Shown here piece by piece: positions 1-11,600 of a DNA stretch of 64,000 bases. Numbering within the stretch: position 1 is the first letter of the stretch; every line of letters begins with the position of its first letter. Origin of the DNA: Octopus bimaculoides. Its lineage: Eukaryota. The notes below the pieces were generated by a model, which was not told the origin of the DNA, made no database searches, and was given only the letters and a program-made list of their open reading frames with translations. The translations under genes and the position numbers were made by a program. The DNA is taken from NCBI RefSeq assembly GCF_001194135.2, contig NC_068992.1, positions 59,482,408 through 59,546,407 of the forward strand, given 5' to 3'.

Positions 1-44
1 TAACTAATAAAGGTTCATTATTATTCGGCCATTACCAGCACAGC

Positions 45-75
<31 letters not shown>

Positions 76-499
76 CCATCACCACCACCACCATATATAT
101 ATATATATATATATGTGTTTGTGTGTGTGTGTGTGTCTGTGTGTGTGTGTGTGTGTGTTATTGTTTCCTTGCCTTGATATTGTGTGGTAATTGTAAGCGA
201 GTGTCACTATCATGCAAGTGGCACCCTTTGTTTCCAATCTTCCATGAAAACATGTCTGGTCATGGAATGATATACACGTTACTTGGAAAACAGGTGAGGG
301 TTGGCAACAGAAAGGGCATTCGACTGTAGAATATCTGCCTCAGCTAATTCCATCCAACCCATGCCAGCATAGAAAAGTGGATGTTCAAACAATACTGCTG
401 CTGCTGCAGATGATGATGATGATGATGATGATTGTATAGCCTTTCTCACAAAGAATCTCCTTATCTTGCTCCCTCACATACATTCTTTCTCTTTGTCTT

Positions 500-678
500 A
501 TTCATTTCTGTCTCTGTCTCTCTCTCTGCTTCTCTCTCTCTCTATCTCTCCATCAGATCTTCTTTCTTTAATCCTGTTCCTTTCTCTCTCTGTGTCTTTC
601 TCCCTCTCTCTGTCTTTATCTATCTCTCTCTCTCTCTGTCTTTCTCTGTCTGTCTATCTGTCTGTCTCTCTCTCTCTC

Positions 679-761
<83 letters not shown>

Positions 762-763
762 TA

Positions 764-800
<37 letters not shown>
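500..800. repeat. Compound (CT)n/(GTCT)n/(AT)n microsatellite
   Basis: Visible directly. Confidence 0.95.
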
Positions 801-801
<1 letters not shown>

Positions 802-1775
802 TTTTCTGCCTCTAATCCTGTTCCTTTTCTCCCCCACTCTCTCCCTCTCAGTCTTTCTATCCCTTGCACAGTTTTTCATTCTCTCTCTCATTCTCCCTCA
901 CATTATATCCCCTTCTCTCCTTGTGCTCATCCTTTCTCTCTTCCTCTCTCACTATATAAAAACACATATGTATAAAGAATAACCATATTTGATTATAAAC
1001 CATGACTCATTACTCCGCCATTAATCAAATAAAACTGCCCCCTACCATTTCTGGTTTCACTGGCATATTTTTTATTCCTTTTCTTTTTCCTCTTGATTTT
1101 GCCAGAAATATTTTTCAACTCTCTAACAATATATAACTCTAGCTATGTACCTTCCTAACTAGCCTACATTTCTATTTACTTATCATTCTACCTGCCCTAC
1201 TCACCTATCTACCTGCCTACCTATCCACCTACACACACACACAAACACACGTGCATATATAGATATGAATGTATGCATCATATATATGTCTATATACATG
1301 TGTGNNNNNNNNNNGGGTGCAGCTGTAGCCATGGGCACCGGTGTGGCTGTGTGGTAAGAAGCTCGCTTCCCAACCACATGGTTCTGGGTTCAGTCACATT
1401 GCATGGCACCTTGGGCAAGTGTCTTCTACTATAGCCTTGGGCCGACCAAAACCTTGTCAGTGGATTTGGTAGACGGAAACTGAAAGAAGCCCATTGTGTG
1501 TGTGTGTGTGTGTGTGCGTCTTTGTGTCTGTTTGTCCCCACACCATCGCTTGACAACTGATGTTGGGGGTGTTTATGTCCCTGTAACTTGGTTCAGCAAA
1601 ATACACTGATAGAATAAGTACTAGGTTTATAAAGAATAAGTATTGGGTGCGATTTGTTCAACTAAAATACTGCTGTTGTAATTGACAGAGAGCTATTATA
1701 GTGCCTTGTGTTACAGCAATCTGAAAATTTTGCTTTTCTTTGACTTTTCCTTTCTTCTTTTTGGCTTCATTACAG

Positions 1776-1906
1776 ACAATAAAATCAAAGAAGTGCCACC
1801 ATTCGATGGATCAGGATTCCATCATCTTACCACTCTCAAAATTGAAGGAAATAGAATTCAAAACATTAACGAGTTCAATATACCAAATCTGAAAATACTG
1901 CATCTT
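1776..1906 (+). CDS. LRRC23: LRRC23 copy A exon (131 nt)
   Basis: ttacag|AC AAT AAA ... CAT CTT|gtaagt; LRR motifs; paralogue of 60740-60870. Confidence 0.9.
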
Positions 1907-2102
1907 GTAAGTCATAGTTTCTTAATCTTTGCTCTTTGGCACCCCACGCCCCAGTATTTGACTGGTACTTTAGTTTATGAACTCTTCAAGGTTGGAAGGC
2001 AAAGCTGACATCAACAAGAGTTCAACTCGGAATGTGAAGGGTTAGAAGAAGTACCACAAGGTATTTTTTTTCCCAGTGCTCTAACAATTCTGTCACCCAC
2101 TC

Positions 2103-2148
<46 letters not shown>

Positions 2149-2368
2149 CATCGTCATCGTCATCATCATCATTTCTACTAAAGGTACAATGCTTGAAATT
2201 TTGCAGGAGGGGGCTAGTCGATTACATCAACCCCAGTGCTCAACTGGTACTTATTTCATTGACCCCCTCAAAAGGATGAAAGGCAAAGTCGACCTCGGCA
2301 GAATTTGAACTCAGAATGTAAAGAGGAATAATAATGATGATGACGATGATTACGATGGCGATGACGGT

Positions 2369-2413
<45 letters not shown>

Positions 2414-2420
2414 CACCACC

Positions 2421-2452
<32 letters not shown>

Positions 2453-2694
2453 CACAGTAATTTCACATAGTAAGGGAATTTCAGTCGATACCGATCAGAC
2501 AAATGGAGGTTTCTGAGTAGTTTTTGAGGCTTTTGCATCTCTTTACAGTCATGAGCTCTGAAATTTGGCAGAAGGGAGTAGTCAATTATGTCAATCCCAG
2601 TGCTCCACAGGTATATATTTCATTCACCCCTGAAAGGACAAAAGCAAAGTGAACCCCAGCAGAATTTTCATTACAATTACTGCTGCTCTTGCTT

Positions 2695-2789
<95 letters not shown>

Positions 2790-4041
2790 TGTTTTTTGAT
2801 TTTGGCACAAGGCCAGAAAATTTTAGGAGAGGTGTATAACCCTGCCAACTTGACATTGGTGGGATTTGAACTCAGAATATAAGGAGCCGGAAGAAATGCT
2901 ACAATGTAGTTTGTCTGACTCAGTAGGGTCTCTGTCAGCTCATTGTTTGATAATGATAATTTTGACAAAGACAATGACAATAATGGTGGTGGTGGTGGTG
3001 GTGGTGGTGGTGGCAGTGGTGGTGGCAGAAGAACAAGAAGAAGAACAACAACAACAGCAACAACAACAACGACAAGAACAATTGTTTGGAATTTATTTTT
3101 GTTTTTCATCACAATTTATTCAAGTGTCTGTCAGATATATGTATATATATATTTTTTTTTTCGCCATTTAAGTTTCCTTTCAAATGAAAGAAAAGGAAAT
3201 TTAGATACAAACTTCCTTGTATGAATTCAAATATGCTGTNNNNNNNNNNNNNNNNNNNNNNNNNNNNNNNNNNNNNNNNNNNNNNNNNNNNNNNNNNNNN
3301 NNNNNNNNNNNNNNNNNNNNNNNNNNNNNNNNNNNNNNNNNNNNNNNNNNNNNNNNNNNNNNNNNNNNNNNNNNNNNNNNNNNNNNNNNNNNNNNNNNNN
3401 NNNNNNNNNNNNNNNNNNNNNNNNNNNNNNNNNNNNNNNNNNNNNNNNNNNNNNNNNNNNNNNNNNNNNNNNNNNNNNNNNNNNNNNNNNNNNNNNNNNN
3501 NNNNNNNNNNNNNNNNNNNNNNNNNNNNNNNNNNNNNNNNNNNNNNNNNNNNNNNNNNNNNNNNNNNNNNNNNNNNNNNNNNNNNNNNNNNNNNNNNNNN
3601 NNNNNNNNNNNNNNNNNNNNNNNNNNNNNNNNNNNNNNNNNNNNNNNNNNNNNNNNNNNNNNNNNNNNNNNNNNNNNNNNNNNNNNNNNNNNNNNNNNNN
3701 NNNNNNNNNNNNNNNNNNNNNNNNNNNNNNNNNNNNNNNNNNNNNNNNNNNNNNNNNNNNNNNNNNNNNNNNNNNNNNNNNNNNNNNNNNNNNNNNNNNN
3801 NNNNNNNNNNNNNNNNNNNNNNNNNNNNNNNNNNNNNNNNNNNNNNNNNNNNNNNNNNNNNNNNNNNNNNNNNNNNNNNNNNNNNNNNNNNNNNNNNNNN
3901 NNNNNNNNNNNNNNNNNNNNNNNNNNNNNNNNNNNNNNNNNNNNNNNNNNNNNNNNNNNNNNNNNNNNNNNNNNNNNNNNNNNNNNNNNNNNNNNNNNNN
4001 NNNNNNNNNNNNNNNNNNNNNNNNNNNNNNNNNNNNNNNNN

Positions 4042-4089
<48 letters not shown>

Positions 4090-4755
4090 TGTGTCTGTGT
4101 TTTTCCCCCCAACATCGCTTGACAACCGATGGTGGTGTGTTAATGGGGCCAGCAGGTTCCCCTCTATATTAGTTTTATTAATTTCATATTCAAACAGATA
4201 TCAAACCAGATGAAAGATATGTGAAATAGCAAAGACCAGCTACAAGTACAATAGAGAACAGAAGAGACCTAATATTGAAACAAGCAGTAAAACAAAAAAT
4301 AGAATCCCTGTCCGTCCTGCTGCGCGCGTGTGTGTATTTGTGTGTGTGTATGTGTGTGCGTGTATGTGTATGTGCATGTGTCTATGTCTTGCTTGGGAGC
4401 CAATTAAGTTATGTTTTCTCAAAGATTCTGGAAGTATCATGGCTCTGTCTTTTACTGCTCAATAGAATGACAAAAGGTCAATAAGTATTTCACACTTATT
4501 ATTTAAGTATTTCCTGTCAGATTGTTAGGAGGATGAACACACTACTGTGTCTGCCTATCTCTCTATCCATTTGTCTATCTGTGTGCTTGTCTGTCCGTCT
4601 GTCTGTCTATTTTAGAGGAGGGGATTAGTCGATTACATCAACCCTGGTGTTTCACTGGTACTTAATTTATTGACCCCGAAAGATAAACAGCGCGTGACCT
4701 CGCAGGTGGGGTTCAGTTAGAATTTTCTTCAGGTCGAGTAGCCCATTCCACTCAA

Positions 4756-4789
<34 letters not shown>

Positions 4790-5660
4790 GTCTGTCTTTA
4801 TGTTCTGAGTTCAAATTCTGCTGAGGTTGACTTTACCTTTCATCCTTTTGGGGTCAATAAATTAAGTACCAGTGAAACACAGGGGTTGATGTAATCGACT
4901 AATCCCCTCCCCTAAAATTTCAAGGCTTTGTACCTTTAGTAAAAAGGATTATTATTAAGGTGGCGAGCTGGCAGAATTGTTAGCACGCCAGGTGAAATGC
5001 TTAGGGGCATTTCATTTGTCTCTTCACATTTTGAGTTCAAATTCTGCCGTGGTCATCTTTGCCCTTTATCCTTTTGGGATCAATAAAATAAGTACCAGTT
5101 GAGCACTGGAGTCGATGTCATTGATTTTCCCCCTTCTCTGAAATTGCTGGCCTTGTGACAAAATTTGAAACCATTACAACTACAACTACTACTACTACTA
5201 CTACTACTACTAACTTGGTTTCATATGATTGATTGTGAGAAAAAAACAGAAAATCCAAATGGAAAAAAAGATTAAATGAAAAATGTAAATCTCCTTTATG
5301 TAGGATTGAACCAGCAAATCTGTTGAACACAAGACTTTCTGGCTCTCTCTCTCTCTCTCTTGCTCATTCTATTACAATATCTCCTCCCCTCCACTTCCTC
5401 TGCTTTTCCTGTATAGTCATTCATCAAAAACCTCCACGGTGACCCACCGATACATGATAAACCAAGCCATAAGCTCCTTATCTTCCTAAAAACAGCCACA
5501 ATCCAAAGGTAAAGAATATACAACCAATATGAGATGCATGTCTCAAAACATTGATTTTATGCCATTTTTTTTTCTCACCTTCAGGAGTGGGTGTTATTCA
5601 TCATCATCATCATCATCCTCATCCTCCTCCTCCTCCTCCTCCTCATCATCATCATTATTA

Positions 5661-5718
<58 letters not shown>

Positions 5719-5819
5719 CCTTATTATTATTAGTCATATTATTAAAATCTTTCGCCCTGGTGGCAATAAAAGAAATCTTCATCATCATCATCATCATCAT
5801 TATTATTATTATTATTATT

Positions 5820-5891
<72 letters not shown>

Positions 5892-6885
5892 GTTGTTGTT
5901 ATTATTATTTTGGATGTCTTCCAAATAGTTTTGTTTTTTTATTAATTAATTACAAACTTAATCTGATTTCCCTCCTTTATCAAAAATAGTCGTCAGATTA
6001 CAGCAGACATCTTTTTAGTTATTATCGCTGTTATTTCTCAATTTTCATTGCTCTGCTATTATTGTTGTTGTTGTTGTCGTCGTCGTCATCACCATCGTCA
6101 TCACCATTATTATTGCTGTTGTTCTTGTTGTTATTATGCTGCTGTTATTTTGATAGCTAAGCAAAAAGCAAACGAAGAAAGAAACAATTATTCATGCAAC
6201 AATTTGAAATTCTTTTTCTGTCTTTGATATTTCAAGACTTCGTTTTCTCCTTGATTTGATTTTTCAAAGGAGAAAAAAAACAAAAAAAAAAACAAAAAAC
6301 AAAACAAAACAAAACNNNNNNNNNNNNNNNNNNNNNNNNNNNNNNNNNNNNNNNNNNNNNNNNNNNNNNNNNNNNNNNNNNNNNNNNNNNNNNNNNNNNN
6401 NNNNNNNNNNNNNNNNNNNNNNNNNNNNNNNNNNNNNNNNNNNNNNNNNNNNNNNNNNNNNNNNNNNNNNNNNNNNNNNNNNNNNNNNNNNNNNNNNNNN
6501 NNNNNNNNNNNNNNNNNNNNNNNNNNNNNNNNNNNNNNNNNNNNNNNNNNNNNNNNNNNNNNNNNNNNNNNNNNNNNNNNNNACCAAAACCTTGTGAGTA
6601 GATTCAGTTGACAGAAACTGAAAGAAGCCCATCATATCCTCACCATCATCATCATCATCATCATTTAATTCTGTTAGTGACAAGGATTGCACAGTTTGGC
6701 AGGAGGTGGTCAGCTGGAGAGCTGCCCAGGCTCCATCTCTCTGTTTTGGCCTGATTTTTATGGCTGGATGCCCTTCTTATGTCGACCATTTTACAGATTG
6801 TGCTGGGTACCTTTTACATGCCACCAGCATGGATGCACTTAGCTGGTACTGGCAGAAGTGCATTTTACTTGGCAGTATATATATG

Positions 6886-6967
<82 letters not shown>

Positions 6968-8626
6968 CCAGGCATGTGTCGTCAGTAATTACTCAGGAGA
7001 CGCAGTTGGTGACCTTTATGTATACACAAAAATAAGCGAAACACAACATGCGACTGAGTTGAAGGCAGATTTACTTCTGCCTTTATAGCACATAAAGAAA
7101 ATGGTGTTGTAGGAGTGTACACAGCATGTGTACTACAGCAGTACTATGCGTAGCTTAAATACTGAGATTGACAAATTATGCCTACCTAATCTAAAAAAAA
7201 ACATTTGCATTTTATGCATAATAATCAGAGCAACGTTCATAATTTTATTGAATTAGGCGCATATTTTGCCATAAAAGGAAAATGTTGCTATTGATCTATT
7301 TTAATCAAGATAAGCACTGCCTACTTTGCCTACCTAGGTAGCACATCCCTGATATATACACATATGTATATATATATACATACATACAAGATTCAATTGA
7401 ATAAGGTACTTAAAATTAAGGCACCTAGTCAGGTTGGAATAAAATGCACTCACAACAGTTTCTTTATGTGAATACCAACCTTGGTACAGAAGTGCTGGCA
7501 GAATGATATTCTGGTAATGCATGCAGTCAGTTTAACCTGACTGAGTATATAACCCACTCTCGAGCTATTCAGACATGAAAAATTTTATTAAATATACAGT
7601 TCATAATATATTACAGAACACACGAGGGGCATGTTCTGAGATGAAGGACAAGTGTCAATCCATGGATTAACACCGGTCCTTCAATTGTTTCTTATATGGG
7701 CAAGCGAAAGCGAAATCGTGATGGCACCTGTACCAGTAGATCACTAAGAGCACCGTCTGAGCGTGATCGTTGCCAGAGCACCAGCTGTCTGGCTTCCGTA
7801 CCGGGAGCATGTAAATAGCACCATTTGATCATGATCGTTACCAACGTCGCCCTCCTGGCACTTGTGCCAGTGGCATGTGAAAAGACATTCGAGCGAGTTT
7901 GTTGCCAGTGCTGCTGGACTGGCTCCTGTGCAGGTGGCACGTAAAATACACCATTTCGAGCGTGGCCATTACCAGTACCTCCTGACTGGCCTTCGTGCCG
8001 GTGGCACGTAAAAGCACCCACTACACTCTCAGAGTGGTTGGCGTTAGGAAGGGCATCCAGCTGTAGAAACTCTGCCAAATCAGATTGGAGCCTGGTGTAG
8101 CCATCTGGTTCACCAGTCCTCAGTCAAATCGTCCAACCCATGCTAGCATGGAAAGCAGACATAAAACGATGATGATGATATATCGTCAGTGAATCATAAA
8201 TCCGAAAAAGAAGTACACTCTAAGTTATAGAAGCAAAGTAGCTAGTTCGAGAATTTCTATAACAGATGAAAGTAGTAACTATACTGAGAAGTAATGTTTA
8301 ATTGCCACTTCAATATGGCTGCTCCATTGGAACTGACGTTACTGGGGTTAAAAATGGTAGTATTGTCAGTTCCTATGGAACAGCCTTATTGAAGTGACGA
8401 TTAAACATTACATCTATACACACACACACGTACACACACACACGACACACACACATATATATATATAGGAGTAGCTGTGTGGTAAGTCGCTTGCTTACCA
8501 ACCACATGGTTCTGGGTTCAGTCCCACTGCGTGGCACCTTGGGCAAGTGTCTTCTACTATAACCTTGGGCCGACCAAAGCCTTATGAGTGGATTTGGTTG
8601 ATGGAAACTGAAAGAAGCCCATCATA

Positions 8627-8658
<32 letters not shown>

Positions 8659-11600
8659 NNNNNNNNNNNNNNNNNNNNNNNNNNNNNNNNNNNNNNNNNN
8701 NNNNNNNNNNNNNNNNNNNNNNNNNNNNNNNNNNNNNNNNNNNNNNNNNNNNNNNNNNNNNNNNNNNNNNNNNNNNNNNNNNNNNNNNNNNNNNNNNNNN
8801 NNNNNNNNNNNNNNNNNNNNNNNNNNNNNNNNNNNNNNNNNNNNNNNNNNNNNNNNNNNNNNNNNNNNNNNNNNNNNNNNNNNNNNNNNNNNNNNNNNNN
8901 NNNNNNNNNNNNNNNNNNNNNNNNNNNNNNNNNNNNNNNNNNNNNNNNNNNNNNNNNNNNNNNNNNNNNNNNNNNNNNNNNNNNNNNNNNNNNNNNNNNN
9001 NNNNNNNNNNNNNTGTGTGTGTATATGTTTGTGTGTCTGTGTTTGTCCCCCCAACATCGCTTGACAACCGTTGCTGATGTGTTTACATCCCCGTAACTTG
9101 GCGGTTCGGCAAAAGAGACCGATAGAATAAGTACTAGGCTTCTAAAGAATAAGTCCTGGGGTCAATTTGCTCGACTAAAGGCGGTGCTCCAGCATGGCCG
9201 CAGTCAAATGACTGAAACAGGTAAAAGAGTAAAAGAGATATATAGATATAGGTATATAGATATGTATATATACACACATATACATATATATATATATATA
9301 TATATACAGGTGTGGTTATTTGGTGAATAGTTTGTTTCCTAAGGACATGGTTCTGGGTTCAGTCCCACTGCATGACAACTTGGGCAAGCATCTTCTACAG
9401 TAGCTCTGGACTGACCTAAGCCTTGTGAGGTGGATTTGGTAGACGAAAACGGAAAGACCGTCGTGTGTGTATGTGTGTGTGTGTGGGGGGGGTGCGCTTG
9501 TGTTATTTTGTCTCCTTGTCTTGATATCACTTCTTAGTTGTAAAAGAGATTGCAGAATCGTTAACACACCTGACAAAATTTTTAGCGGCATTTCTTCCGG
9601 CTTTACGTTCTGAGTTCAAATACTGCCGAGGCCTTCTTTGCATCTAATCCTTTCGGGGTTGATAAAATAAATACCAGTTGAGTACTGAGGTCAATGTAAA
9701 TCAACGAGTCCCTTCTCAAATGCCTCCAAACAGTTCAATAAAGTTGTCTCCCTTGAGATTAGCTTTTCACAAGTCGTCTCCCTTGTATTAAAACTCCTCT
9801 TGCACAATAATTTAAAAATCGATTTATACAATAGAGCCAACGTGGTTTCAATTCGTACTTGTAACCGTTGTGACGAAAATGTTACATCATCTCTTTTCTT
9901 AATTTCTTATACATTTTAATGCATCCTGAAATAAACTTACACTCGTGCAAGTATGGTTGCTAACGATGCTTAAATGTTATCATTATTCCTATACATACGA
10001 AGGCGGCGAGCCGGCAGAATCGTTAAGTATTCCGTCTGTCTTTACGTTCTGAGTTCAAATCCCGCCCGATGTCGACTCCGCCTTTCATCTTTTCAGGGTC
10101 GATAAATTAAGTACCAATTGCGTACTGGGGTCGGTCTAATCGATTGACCACCCTCCCCCCAAATTTTGGGCCTTCTGCCTAGAGTAGAAAAGAATCGTTA
10201 GCACACTGGGCGAAATGCTTAGCGGTATTTCGTCCGTCCTTACGTTCTGAGTTCAAATTCCGTCGAGGTCGACTTTGCCTTTCATTCTTTCTGGGTCGAT
10301 AAATAAAAGTATTATTACTATATATGCTGATGTTATTTTCTTTATTATATAATATACAAACAACGATTTTTATATTTATTGGAATACGACGCATATGACA
10401 CAAACATGGTGGAAGAAAGAAGGAAAAGGAGAAAAAAGGAAAAACATCAATTCAACACCAAGTACCTCAATTGGTTGCATACCACAAGGTTCAAGCTACA
10501 TGCTTCTCACCTTTAACCTTTGACCTCTGTCTTCCCTTCACTCCTATCCACACATTAATTCAGATTCTTGTATAAGATGTGCTTTTTATATATTCTTAAG
10601 TGTAAAAATTGCCATGCATCTAATGTGACTGTATTACAGATGGAATACCAAGTGTATGAATATAAGATGAAACATTAAATTTGTTTTTTCCTCAAAAGCA
10701 AGTAGGGTTTTTTTTTATGGGAATATGCATCTTAATTACTGGCACCTACAGTATTTTCATCTCCCAACTTTTATCTCCAGGCCCAGCCCATGTCAGTGTG
10801 AAAGACTGATGTTAAAAGATGACTTATGCTTAATCCATTTCTTTGTTGTCTATATTTGTAGGGTCAAAATAAGATTACAAGCACTGAATGGGTTCTGGAC
10901 CTGGTTAATTTAGAAGAACTGAAACTCAACAACAATTTAATTGAGAAAACTCATGGCTTTAACTCCAACATGACGAAACTGAAATACATTGACCTGAAGT
11001 AGGTTTTCTGTTGGACTATTTAGTCTTTTCATATTCTCTTACTTTTAAACTGTGGAAGCGCAATGGCCTAGTGGTTAGGGCAGCGGACTTGCGGTCATAG
11101 GATCGCGGTTTCGATTCCCAGACTGGGCGTTGTGAGTGTTTATTGAGCGAAAACAGCTAAAGCTCCACGAGGCTCTGGCAGGGGATGGTGGCGAACCCTG
11201 CTGTACTCTTTCACCACAACTGTCTCTCACTCTTACTTCCTGTTTCTGTTGTGCCTGAATATCCCCGAGAACTACGTTAAGGGTACACTTGCATGTTAAT
11301 TTCACAAGCAGGCTGTTCCGTTGATCGGATCAACTGGAACCCTCGACGTCGTAAGCGAAGGAGTGCCAACAACAACTTTTAAACTATGAAATATCAACAT
11401 TTTCCACACACACACACACACACGCACATGTGCACACATACACAGGGTTCTGACTGACACAGATATACCAAACACCTTTGACCTCCTTCTCACCTTTAAC
11501 CTTTGACCTCTGTCTTCCCTTCAGTCCCATCCACACATTAATTCAGATTCTTGATGTACAGTAATGTCTCAATATAGGAATCGTTAGTATGCCAGGCAAA

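Noticed and set aside
432-6000. Many long ORFs in the track (poly-L/S, poly-T, poly-I, poly-H, poly-V)
   Set aside because: They are translations of microsatellites; the X-rich ORFs elsewhere just span N gaps.
5960-6000. CTGACGA...GAAA on the minus strand within the conserved intronic block
   Set aside because: Helices II and III do not form, and copy B lacks the CTGACGA.
7692-8078. Recurrent ORF MAEFLQLDALPNANHSESVVGAF... (also 15233, 43245, 45633, 46168)
   Set aside because: Antisense reading of the family C retroposon; it recurs because the repeat does and has no protein-like conservation.
11052-11125. tRNA-like cloverleaf sequences (also 37460-37529, 56191-56260, 47945-48030)
   Set aside because: Each continues directly into a multi-copy SINE body and lacks a clean acceptor stem; these are SINE heads, not tRNA genes.
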